Source of the DNA: Podarcis cretensis
Lineage: Eukaryota
Assembly (NCBI GenBank): GCA_951804945.1
Contig: OX638151.1
Location: 123,194,001 to 123,258,000 of the forward strand
Reading direction: 5' to 3'
DNA length: 64,000 nucleotides
Below the pieces are notes generated by a model. That model saw nothing but the letters and a program-made list of their open reading frames with translations. It made no database searches and was not told the origin of the DNA. Within the stretch, counting starts at the first letter, position 1. Each line of letters starts with the position of its first letter. A program made the position numbers and the translations under genes. This document shows positions 24,966 to 35,032 of the stretch, one piece after another.

Positions 24966-25088
24966 ACATGACTTCTGCATACTTGGGCAATGCACAGTAC
25001 ACAGTAGTACAGACACCTGTCAATTTAAAGCAAATTATATATTTTTAAAAATAGCTGCCTGACTGGAGCATCTGAGCTTAACTTATAG

Positions 25089-25224
25089 CAGTGGTGACCA
25101 AACTTGGCCCTCCAGTTGTTTTTGGACTACGACTCCCATCATCCCTAGCTAACAGGACCAGTGGTCAGGAATGATGGGATTTGTAGTTCCAAAACAACTG
25201 GAGGGCCAAGTTTGGCCACCACTG
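25089..25224. mobile_element. hAT MITE
   Basis: TIR CAGTGGTG(A/G)CCAAACTTGGCCCTCCAGTTGTTTT; TSD ACTTATAG/CCTTATAG. Confidence 0.9.
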
Positions 25225-25275
25225 CCTTATAGTATGTTGACGGTAGTTCACCCTGGAGAGAAGGGGGTTCTTCAG

Positions 25276-25416
25276 CATGGGGTAGTCAACATGGGATCTT
25301 CAAGATGTTAAGGACGGAAGCTCCCATCTGTCCCAGTTGGCCAATGACCAGGGATTATTGGAATTATTGGAATTATAGTCCAAAACATCTGGAGGGCACC
25401 ATATTGGCTACCCCTG
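25276..25416. mobile_element. Older hAT MITE
   Basis: GGGGTAGTCAACATGG...CCATATTGGCTACCCCTG inverted ends. Confidence 0.65.
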
Positions 25417-26001
25417 TCTACAAAACTAAAATTCAGGCAGGCTGCTTATTATACCAAACAAGCTGAGAGCAGCAGAGGGACAAAATTTTGCATGTCGTAT
25501 ATGGAGGGCAGAGAAAAAGGGGCAATTGACCTGCTCACCCATTGTGACACCTTAGAGCAAGTAACTTTGGGAGTGATTATGATTTGAGTTAATTTCTCCA
25601 GAACTCTTCTTCCTACCCCTGCCAAGATGAGATTCCTTTAGGTGCTTGGTTTACACCGCAAAATTGTGTTGCAAATCCCACTTGTCTTGGCTAATAGCCA
25701 TTGAAAAGGTATATTCCATGAATTCGTCTACAACAAGGCTCAGCAGTTGGGTACATTTGAAAATGTGCTGGGGTGGCAGTGCCAAATAGCTGCTCTGGGG
25801 ATCATGATAAAACACAAAACTAGAGGTAACTTTGTGCTTCTCATGTGAAATCAGCCACGCTCTGCTGGTTTTACTTATGGAGATCATACAAATTGATTTT
25901 GCACACCAACAGCCTGAGCATTTATCAGTTCCAGGAAAAATATTCAAGGTAGCCACACGGCACTTGCTCTCATTTCACAGAAATCACTTTGAAGGTAATT
26001 A

Positions 26002-26254
26002 CCGTATTTTTCGCTTTATAAGACATACCAGACCACAAGACGCACCTAGTTTTTGGAGGAGGAAAACAAGAAAAAAAAAATTCTGAATCTCAGAAGCCAG
26101 AACAGCAAGAGGGATCGCTGCACAGTGAAAGCAGCAATCCCTCTTGCTATTCTGGCTTCTGGAATAGCTGCGCAGCCTGCATTCGCTCCATAAGACGCAC
26201 ACACATTCCCCCTTACTTAGGGAAAAAATGAGTCTCATAGAGCAAAAAATACTG
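26002..26254. mobile_element. Tc2/pogo-like MITE
   Basis: TIR CCGTATTTTTCGCT.TAT.AGAC, TA TSD; inverted relative to its copy at 52700-52957. Confidence 0.9.
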
Positions 26255-26696
26255 TACACATTTTGCTCTATAACTTCCTTTGTAAGAAGGCTAGATGCTT
26301 TCTTTTACATGAAAGCTCAGAGTCTGGGGCACCTGCTCAGTGGACCAGAGAAAGACTTTTGGTGACCCCTGGTTGTGCAGGAGAGGAATTTGGAGTAGTT
26401 AAGTTAGTCACAATATTAGTCTGGGAGCAGAACAGGAAAATGCTCCCAGCCTCAGCCTAGCCATCAGACAATTCATGAACGAAGCCTCTGAACAAAAAGT
26501 ATTCAACCAAATCAACATTGTGTCTTTTCCAACACTTTCAAGAAAATTAAAATATTGAGGGAGAGAATCCTTCTCACCTTTTTGAAACCTGCAGTCTAGT
26601 ACTGTGCATGTTGTTTCTGCATATATTTGGCTGAATTTGCTCTGTACTTTAATCCATTTTTTCCAATTGCTTTTCTCCTTCCCAATGTTTCTTCAG

Positions 26697-26792
26697 GCTC
26701 ATAGCTGGCAGCCAGGAATAAAAAATCCATATCGTGGTGTTGTTGTGTGGCCTGTTCCTGAAAACATTGAAATCACTGTGACACTTTTCAAG
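26697..26792 (+). CDS. EHBP1: EHBP1 internal coding exon: AHSWQPGIKNPYRGVVVWPVPENIEITVTLFK
   Basis: Acceptor tttcttcag|GCT; donor AAG|gtaact; 96 nt, phase 0-0. In frame with the previous exon and contained in ORF 26604..26810. Confidence 0.97.
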
Positions 26793-27202
26793 GTAACTAT
26801 GTTGTTTTAGCTTGTCTTTAATTGTTCCAATTTCATAGATATAATAATAAACAGGAAATGCTATGAACATCTGATTCTACATTTTCTACTGTTGCCTTCA
26901 GTGAGACTGCAGTCCTAACCAAGCTTTCTTGCAGGTATGCACCACTGAAAGAATGAAAAAACCTTTGGTCAAAATTCAGCATAACACTATGGCAATTGTT
27001 CCACCTGTGCAAACATTTAAGCTTGCAAGGTGAAATGGTCCTCCCTCTCACCCTGCTGTGTGCTATACTGGGGTTTCTCTCAACCCTCCTGAGTCAACTT
27101 AGGGGGACATGGGAGATGAGTTAAGAAAATCCCGTTGCACAAGCAGACGTCCTTTGCACAGACTTCCACTAGTGGGGCTCATTAGTTGAAGCCAGCCCTA
27201 TA

Positions 27203-27443
27203 CAGTGGTACCTCGGGATCCGTTCCGGAGCCCCGTTTGCATCCTGAACAGAACATAAGACGCGACTGCGCGTGCACAGGTCGCGTTTCGCTGCTGCCGC
27301 GCATGCGTGTGACGTCATTTTGACTGTCTGCGCATGCGCAAGTGGCAAAACCCGGAAGTAACACACTCTGTTACTTCCAGGTCGCCGCAGAGCGCAACCC
27401 GAAAATACTTACCCTGAAGCGTATTTATCCCGAGGTATGACTG
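27203..27443. mobile_element. Tigger-like MITE, CpG-rich
   Basis: CAGTGGTACCTCGGGAT...ATCCCGAGGTATGACTG with TA on both sides. Confidence 0.88.
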
Positions 27444-27509
27444 TATTTCCAAATAAATGGTTTTAGGATTTAGCCCTGAACCTGCTGTTACCAACAGAGA
27501 TGAAGTGAT

Positions 27510-27727
27510 CAGGCTGAAATCCTATGCAAGTTAATTTGGGAGTAACCGTTTAGCTCCATGGAGCTTACTTCTGAGTAGATATGTATGGGATTGAACGGCA
27601 TGTTAGTTATTCCAGTATGAAACTAGATCACATCCTTGCAGCATGATCCTATATGTTTACTCAGAAGTCAGCGCCACTGAACTATTGGTATTTACTCCCC
27701 AGGAAATGTGCATATGGTTGCAGCCTT
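27510..27727. repeat. Two adjacent copies of a short (about 90 bp) palindromic squamate repeat
   Basis: ATCCTATG...TACTCAGAAG...CATAGGATTGCAGCC-type consensus; weaker copies near 30185-30275, 38035-38125, 43625-43710 and 48278-48352. Confidence 0.55.
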
Positions 27728-28037
27728 CAGTTGTTATCACATTGGTAAAGCTGATAGACATTAGCTAACCTTTCCTGTTTTCAAAAAGTTCTAGCTATGT
27801 ACATTTCTAAACTATATGCTGTATACACTTTCCATGTAATAAAATGTCAGGCACCAGCAAAAGGACTGCTCCTTTAAATATTGTCAAGTTCCTTCTGAAA
27901 TGCTGCGCCATCTGTTATCAGGTATCTTTATGAAGAGTTACTGCTGATTGGGTCTAAAACACTAGCATGATGATGTCATATTCTTAGACTGCAGTTCCCA
28001 TCACAATCTGCATTTAGAGACATCCAAATTGCTGTCT

Positions 28038-28290
28038 GGGACATGGGTGGCGCTGTGGTGTAAACCACAGAGACTTGGGCTTGCTGATCGGAAGGTAGGA
28101 GGTTTGAATCCCCGCAACGGGGTGAACTCCCGTTGCTCGGGTCCCTGCTCCTGCCCACCTAGCAGTTCGAAAGCACGTCAAAGTGCAAGTAGATAAATAG
28201 GTACCGCTCCGGCGGGAAGGTAAATGGCGTTTCCATGCACTGCACTGGTTTGCCAGAAGCAGCTTAGTCATGCTGGCCACATGACCTGGA
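28038..28290 (+). mobile_element. Sauria SINE, 3'-truncated
   Basis: GGGACATGGGTGGCGCTGTGG head through GCCACATGACC. Confidence 0.9.
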
Positions 28291-28453
28291 ATTTGCGACT
28301 GGACTTTGGTAATATTATGTAAATTGTAGTTAAACTAAACATTAAGCTGTTTTGTTTCTACTTCACACCGTACTGGAATTGTTATCATACAGGTGAATTG
28401 TAGCTTTAGTGAGAAAGACTAAACTGGTTACAAGCAGCCATACCTTAAAAGTA

Positions 28454-28495
<42 letters not shown>

Positions 28496-28731
28496 CAATT
28501 GCTTAAAAAGAGTCTTGGTTGCCTTGTCCTCCCTGTGTCTTGGCAGTGCCCCTTCAGGCTGCAGGTGGGAGTTAATTTGGTAAAATGATCTGGCACACAA
28601 ACACAAATCCTACATATAGAAAACTAATATATCAGGGAGAAAGCTAAGTTGAAAATCCTCTCACATACTTATGAAGAATATTGTGAGCGCCCTCGTCTTA
28701 GCAGTTTGAATTGATGAAACCTAGACACAGC

Positions 28732-29080
28732 TGGCGCTGTGGGTTAAAGCCTCAGCGCCTAGGACTTGCCGATCGAAAGGTCGGCGGTTCGAATCCCTGC
28801 GGCGGGGTGCGCTCCCGCTGCTCGGTCCCAGCGCCTGCCAACCTAGCAGTTCGAAAGCACCTCCGGGTGCAAGTAGATAAATAGGGACCGCTTACCAGCG
28901 GGAAGGTAAACGGCGTTTCCGTGTGCGGCTCTGGCTCGCCAGAGCAGCGATGTCACACTGGCCACGTGACCCGGAAGTGTCTCCGGACAGCGCTGGCCCC
29001 TGGCCTCTTAAGTGAGATGGGCGCACAACCCCAGAGTCTGTCAAGACTGGCCCGTACGGGCAGGGGTACCTTTACCTTTT
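28732..29080 (+). mobile_element. Sauria SINE, young subfamily
   Basis: CpG-rich; TACCTTT tail; 10-bp TSD TAGACACAGC. Near-identical to the inverted copy at 46130-46501. Confidence 0.95.
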
Positions 29081-30361
29081 TAGACACAGCACAGGTATAT
29101 AACCTCAGTAAGAACTAGGCCATTGGTGCATCTGGGGTTGAAGGAAGAAAGTGTTGCAGTGAGGCAGATGCCTTTGCAAGGTCATGGTTTATGATCTCTG
29201 TTACCATCACCATCAGCAGCATCACCACCAATTTATTACCTGCTTTCACCCTGAGGTCTCAGGGCGAGTTACAACACTAGCAGAGGGATACTTCTTGCAT
29301 CACATATGCAAGGCTGCACCCCTGGTTCCAGATTCATCAAAGTAACTACCATCCTCTGTCAGTCAACTCAGCTCTTGTCAAATTGGAAGAGTGAGAGATG
29401 TGCCCCCATTAATACCAAACAGAAAAACAATTAAAGCCATCGTATTCTCCTGAGGCTACCCCTCTGTGTTAGAAAGATGAAGGCTACTATGGCAGCTAGG
29501 GACCGTTGTGTCCAAGTGACTGACTGGCTTTGCTGAACAATTCCCCACAGGAAGAGAGAAGCAAATGTCTGCCCTGTAGTTTTAGTGACAGTGATGAAAA
29601 TGGCCCTGTATTCCAGCAGCAACTGTTTGCACTGGTTACAACTCAAGATCACAGCTGAGCTGCTGGCTTATTATTTGTTGGCAACAAATGCTGAGAGATT
29701 ATAACTAATCCAGAGCTATATAGGAATCTGAGATAAAGGCTCGATTCTATTTGTAAAGCAGCAATCTGAAATAGTAGCATAGGTGAAGAACAGGAACTAA
29801 GATAGACGAGCCATGTGTTTTCAGAAGTGATACAGATTGTAGTGTGTCTGAATCTGTAAGTGGCTGTTGAAATGGTGTTGCTGGTAGGATTAGAGGGTAA
29901 GTCTGGGCTTCAGTTACTAATGAGAATGTTAAGTATAGCCTCTTAGCATTCACCAGTGGATACTTGAAAACCTGCTACTTAAAAGCTTAGGCAATCAGTC
30001 AATGGGCTGAATATTTTGCATGATATAGAGGCAGGCCACTGTATCTTTAGAAAATGTTCATACACATAGATGAAAATACAGCTCATCAAAATGGTGATGT
30101 ACCACCCTCAGACATATTTGCAAATCCAAAATGACCTCTCTGTTGTCCTCAAACATCTTACAGGTAAAAATTACCTGTAAAGTCTAGCATGGCTAGGCAG
30201 ATTGGGCAAACTGAGAAGTAAGCTCTATTAAATTAAACAGATTTTACTCTCAAGCATGTGCAGGGCTGCAGCCCTTAAATGTTTGCTGCCTAAATCTAGA
30301 AATCCAGTAACACTTTCAACTTAGAGAAGGAGTGTTGTACTTGTGATATTAAGAACTACGT

Positions 30362-30577
30362 AAGTACGTTTCAGAGCACAATTCAATGTGTTGGTGTTAA
30401 CCTTTAAAGCCCTAAATGGCCTCAACCCTGTATACCGGAAGGAGCTTCTCCACTCCCATCGTTCAGCCCAGACACTGAGGTCCAGCTCCAAGGGCCTTCT
30501 GGTGGTTCCTTCACTGTGAGAAGTGAAGGTATAGGGAACCAGGCAGAGGGCCTTCTCGGTAGTGGCGCCCACCCTGT
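30362..30577 (+). mobile_element. L2 LINE fragment
   Basis: Homologous to 5740-5940 (VLVLTFKALNGL...QGTRQRAFSVVAP region). Confidence 0.85.
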
Positions 30578-31437
30578 GATGCCATCAACTTATGTGTGTT
30601 GCTAGCTAGGCTGCCTATCTTGTGACCTGGGGGTTCTGTACTTCAGTGTTTCTGTTCATACCTAGACAACCATTTCCAGAGATTGGTGCAAGAACACAAA
30701 ATGAGTAGGAAAATGAGAGTACCCCAAACATTTTTTTTAGAAAATAAGCACTGTATACAACAGACATGGGATTCCAGCTTGTCCCCAATGCTGTTTAGCA
30801 CCTACACAAAACAACTGAGTAAGATTATCAGAAGATTTGTAGTGTTGAGTCCCTAGCTCCATTTCTTTCATCAGTTGATACGTTGAAGGTGCTGAATTGA
30901 TTTCTGGATCAGTGATGGAGTGAATATGGACTGATAAACTAAAATAAATCCTGGAAAAACTGTGGTTTTGAGGAAACGTCAGTACCCCATGAGCCTTTCT
31001 GTTTGTTAAGATAGAAACCAATGACCTTTCTATAGTTCTCCCACCTTCAGAGGTGAGGCAAGTAGCCATGGCGGGGTGGCCTTTTGGGCTGTGCCACCTT
31101 TCCTATGGAATGCCTGGCCCGGCAAGACTTGCACCTTCTCTGATATATTTTTTGGCACCAAGTGAGACCTTATCATTTCCTTAGACCTTTACATTTAGAA
31201 TTTTCTGAATAAATGAAAATAAATTAAATAGAATAAATATCTGTCTCCTTTAAATTTCAAAATTTGATATATAAATAATATATAACATCAAAGCATAATC
31301 CTTACTTTCCTGTGCCACCTTTTCCATGGTTTATATTATGTGAAGAATAAATAAAAGAAAATACAGAATAGTGTTACTAGCAAGACTTTTTGTCTATCGT
31401 TCAGAAATGAACTTAACATTGCATTTTTGGCTTCTAG

Positions 31438-31491
31438 GATCCCCATGCTGAGGAATTTGAAGACAAAGAGTGGACATTTGTCATAGAAAAC
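31438..31491 (+). CDS. EHBP1: EHBP1 internal coding exon: DPHAEEFEDKEWTFVIEN
   Basis: Acceptor ggcttctag|GAT; donor AAC|gtaagt; 54 nt, phase 0-0. Continues the EHBP1 NT-C2 sequence. Confidence 0.97.
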
Positions 31492-32634
31492 GTAAGTGGG
31501 GAATTGTGTTTTTCTCAGTCCTGGTTTGTGGCTGTGTACAGACTGAACTGTCTGCAACTAATCAGGATAGGCACCTTCTAGTTTTCACCCCTCGTGCATG
31601 GGAGAAGGTAGTGCTTGTCTCATGACCATGGTTTCCTGTTGCCATCTGAACTAAATCATATTAATGCATTCCACTGGCTTATAAATGGACTGGGAAAAAT
31701 TCAGTATTGTGCTAAGCTGATCTTTCATCAGTACAAACATTTCAGCTTGCCGGATAGACTGCCCCCCCAATGCTGTTCTGGGGGTTCTCCTGACTCCCTC
31801 AATCCAATTGTGGGGGTGGGGAGAGACTTGGGAAAGCTCCATTGCACAAACTCCTTGTGCGGGGCTTTCACTGATGGGACTCATTAGTTGAATCCCTACT
31901 CAAATTATTTTAACACTAATGCCATTTTTTATCAGTAGACTCAATTTATATAAACATTGCTGTCCATATGCATACAGTTAAAAAATATAATGTGATTTTT
32001 AAAATCTGTATTAAATTCATGCCTTCATTGTATTTTTGGTCCATTATCACTGAATTTACTGCACTGTGTAATTCAGTATAAAAAGCAGCAGTTAAAGCAA
32101 TAAAATAGAATGCCAATATAGTACTGCCTTCAAAAAGATTTTCCAAGTTTTCTCAAAAGTTTTTCTTAAGGTTTATAGCACCACACAGTGGTCAGAGAAG
32201 AAACATGCAACTTTTAATTTAGGAAAGTAAAAGCATTGCCGCTTTGCAGTATCTTAAGATTATTTTTTTACATTTCACATTGATATCAAATGGTTAAATG
32301 TCAAAATTTTCAAGTTACTTAACACTTTCTCACCACCCATGCCATTTTCTCGGTGAAAATTACACCCTTCAAACAGCTAATGGCAGAAAATAGTATCTGG
32401 CAGGGATTTTCAGTGGGAAAACAGAATGGAGGCAGGGGCCTTGGTCATGATCTGGACTGTGGACCTTCATGACTGTTGTGAGTTTTTAAAAAGATGTGAC
32501 TCCCAATCACTGAATTCAAATATATAGTTAACATGGTGTGTAGTTTGACCCTTTCAGTGTGATGAAGTGCAGCTATGCACAGAATAAAAAAATATATATT
32601 TATCAACAGCATCTCTGTATAAAAGTGCACAAAA

Positions 32635-32863
32635 GAAGCTACTGCTCTGGGAGTCCCTGCTGCCCCCTTGCTCCTGGGGCGTTCCCCTTGGGAACCCCCT
32701 ACCCCTGGCCACTGGCGCCCCCTTCTGTGAATCTTCCGATTCGCTGGAGAGGCTCATGGAATCCCTTGGTCCACTGTCCTCTTCTCCTACGCTCCCCTCG
32801 GATTCCTCCCCTTCGCTCTCCATCTCCTCTCTTCCCTGTGCCTCTGCTCCTGAGCCCCTGACA
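32635..32863 (-). mobile_element. Probable truncated LTR (Gypsy-like) 5' part
   Basis: Abrupt GC- and purine-rich block starting TGTCAGGGG on the minus strand inside AT-rich intron. No second end or TSD found. Confidence 0.4.
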
Positions 32864-34311
32864 TCACTGTAAACTGCTTTAGGGCTCAGCAGTATCCCAC
32901 AGGTGTACAAAATCCTGGAACAAACTTGAATTTGTGACACAAAATATTTTTTCCATCATTTTGTTTGTTTATTAAATTTATTTATAAAATACTGGCTAAG
33001 CAGAAAAAGAGAATCCAAATTATGACTAAGCAGAAAGAGGGATTTGCCCCTGAAACTCAGAACATAGCTTGGATAGTGATTGAGAGGGTTTACAGGGTTT
33101 ACAGGGTTCTGGCTAAAATATAACTGTTACCCCTTTTCACTAGTGCACAAAGTAGCTGGGGAACTAATTAAGAAAAATTGAGCTCTTGTTGGCACATTGA
33201 GAACAGACACACTAGCATTCCTACAGAGTTTCTTGCCCATCACTCTGGAAGTGACAGCAGCAGCAGCAGCAGCAGCAGCAGTGTGGGTCTTCTAAAATAT
33301 TTGACAGTTTTGTAAGCTTTATGTGGCAAAGGAAGGAAGGACAGATGCAGCGGTCTTGGATCACAAATCCAAGCCTGAGATCATCATTTATTAAAAAAAC
33401 ACAACACCTCTGCTTTCACATATACTTCCAAAGTCATGATCCTGTGGTGTCCAATGTTTATTCCATTCTCTTACATAGTAGCTCATGCCATTTAAATGCC
33501 TATATTTTGTTGGAACGATTGTTCAATGAATCTCCTTAGCAGACGTGAGTCTCGAGTTCATTGAACTCTGGGATGAGCCTAGAAATGTAGTCAGCTTGCC
33601 TGGAGCAGATATCAAGAAAAGGGGTAGGATTCATATCTGTGGTTGAAACAGTGACAAAAAAAATTCTACAGTGTCTTTCTTCATGCAGTTGCCAAGTGTG
33701 TTTGTGCATTTATTTACAGGTTGCAACTCGTTATTGCATTGTTATAAGTACATTGTTATTGTATTTTAAAAACTGTAGGGTCAGTTAGAATCTGCACACC
33801 GTTACTGTAGGGGGGAGTATTATTTACCCAGGTGAGCTATTTGAATCTGTATTGTTTTATTGAAAAAGGAAGGCTCTCAATATGTACAGTATTTTGTATT
33901 CTTGTTTTGTATTTTTCTGTTGTGAAACGCCCTGAGATCTTCAGATGAAGGGCAACATAAAAATTTAATAAATAAGTAAATAAATATATAATTTAGATGC
34001 CTTGCTTAATATGACACCCCCCCCCCAGATGTTCACATTTTTATGGCTTTCTTGGAGTACATTTAACTCCCAAACTGGATTGATAACTGTAATTATTGTG
34101 ATTGATTAGGGAAGAAGATGTGTTTATTTGTTAGTACCAATAGGCAATACAGCTCTTCAGTTTTTGGTTTCTGAATGGTGTCTGGTAGCTAGCTCTCTAT
34201 AAACAAATGTTGCAGTTACAGATAGGTAGCCGTGTTGGTCTGCCATAGTCAAAACAAAATAAAAAAAATTCCTTCCAGTAGCACCTTAAAGACCAACTAA
34301 GTTAGTTCTTG

Positions 34312-34349
34312 GTATGAGCTTTCGTGTGCATGCACACTTCTTCAGATAC
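34312..34349 (-). ncRNA. Minimal hammerhead ribozyme, antisense copy
   Basis: Exact reverse complement of 34700-34737. Confidence 0.8.
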
Positions 34350-34699
34350 ACTGAAACAGAAGTCACCAGACCCTTCTATATAGTGAGAAGGTGGGGAGGG
34401 GTATTACTCAGAATAGACTGGAAAGAGAAGCTGCTGAATTGCAACTTATTACCAAACTTAAAACCATGGAGAGACCTGGTCTGAACAAAGACATTGGATT
34501 CTTATCTCATTATACATGACAAAGCCATTTTTCACCTTTTCACCCCTTGCTTTTTCCTGTAAGACCTATTGCAGTCGTTAAGAGTCGTCAACAGGCTCAT
34601 CACAGCTATCTGCCAATCACCCAATCCCACCACCCTTCTGAGTAATACCCCTCCCCACCTTCTCACTATATAGAAGGGTCTGGTGACTTCTGTTTCAGT

Positions 34700-34737
34700 G
34701 TATCTGAAGAAGTGTGCATGCACACGAAAGCTCATAC
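34700..34737 (+). ncRNA. Minimal type I hammerhead ribozyme (PLE-associated)
   Basis: GTAT-CTGAAGA-A-GTGTGC AT GCACAC-GAAA-GC-TC-ATAC. Stem I is GTAT/ATAC, the core is CUGANGA and GAAA, stem II is palindromic, and stem III is a minimal palindromic AGCT. Predicted cut after C34733. Confidence 0.8.
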
Positions 34738-34865
34738 CAAGAACTAACTTAGTTGGTCTTTAAGGTGCTACTGGAAGGAATTTTTTTTATTTTGTATAAA
34801 CAAATGGTAATAGAGTGATTATATCTTATAAGATGGCAACCTTGTACCATTAGTATCCTGTAATG

Positions 34866-35032
34866 CAGAGCTTTCCAAACTGTGTGCCATGACACATTAG
34901 TGTGTCAACTGCAGTGTGTCGTGCAAAAGGGGTTAGTTTAACCATCTGCTTGCTAGTAAAGCTGAATTACTGTGTCATGAAATGATACATGTCTAAAAAG
35001 TGTCACCGACATGAAAAGTTTGGAAAGCTCTG
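34866..35032. mobile_element. hAT MITE
   Basis: Perfect TIR CAGAGCTTTCCAAACT; TSD CTGTAATG/CTGTAATA. Confidence 0.9.

Larger units (their letters stand above)
34210..34794 (+). mobile_element. Penelope-like element (PLE), 5'-truncated, with inverted pLTR
   Basis: GIY-YIG endonuclease C-terminus RLEREAAELQLITKLKTMERPGLNKDIGFLSHYT* from about 34415; perfect 159-bp inverted arms at 34255-34413 and 34636-34794; 12-bp TSD TATAAACAAATG (34198-34209, 34795-34806). Confidence 0.9.

Noticed and set aside
20495-31491. Gene could be EHBP1L1, given the ZNRD2-like sequence nearby
   Set aside because: Diagnostic residues (RRSRRKSSK, GIKNPYRGVVVWPVPENIEITVTLFK, DPHAEEFEDK) match EHBP1, not EHBP1L1.
32554-32940. 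128-aa acidic, Ser-rich ORF as a host exon
   Set aside because: Low-complexity purine-rich block on the antisense strand, with no splice context or recognisable domain; better explained as an LTR fragment.
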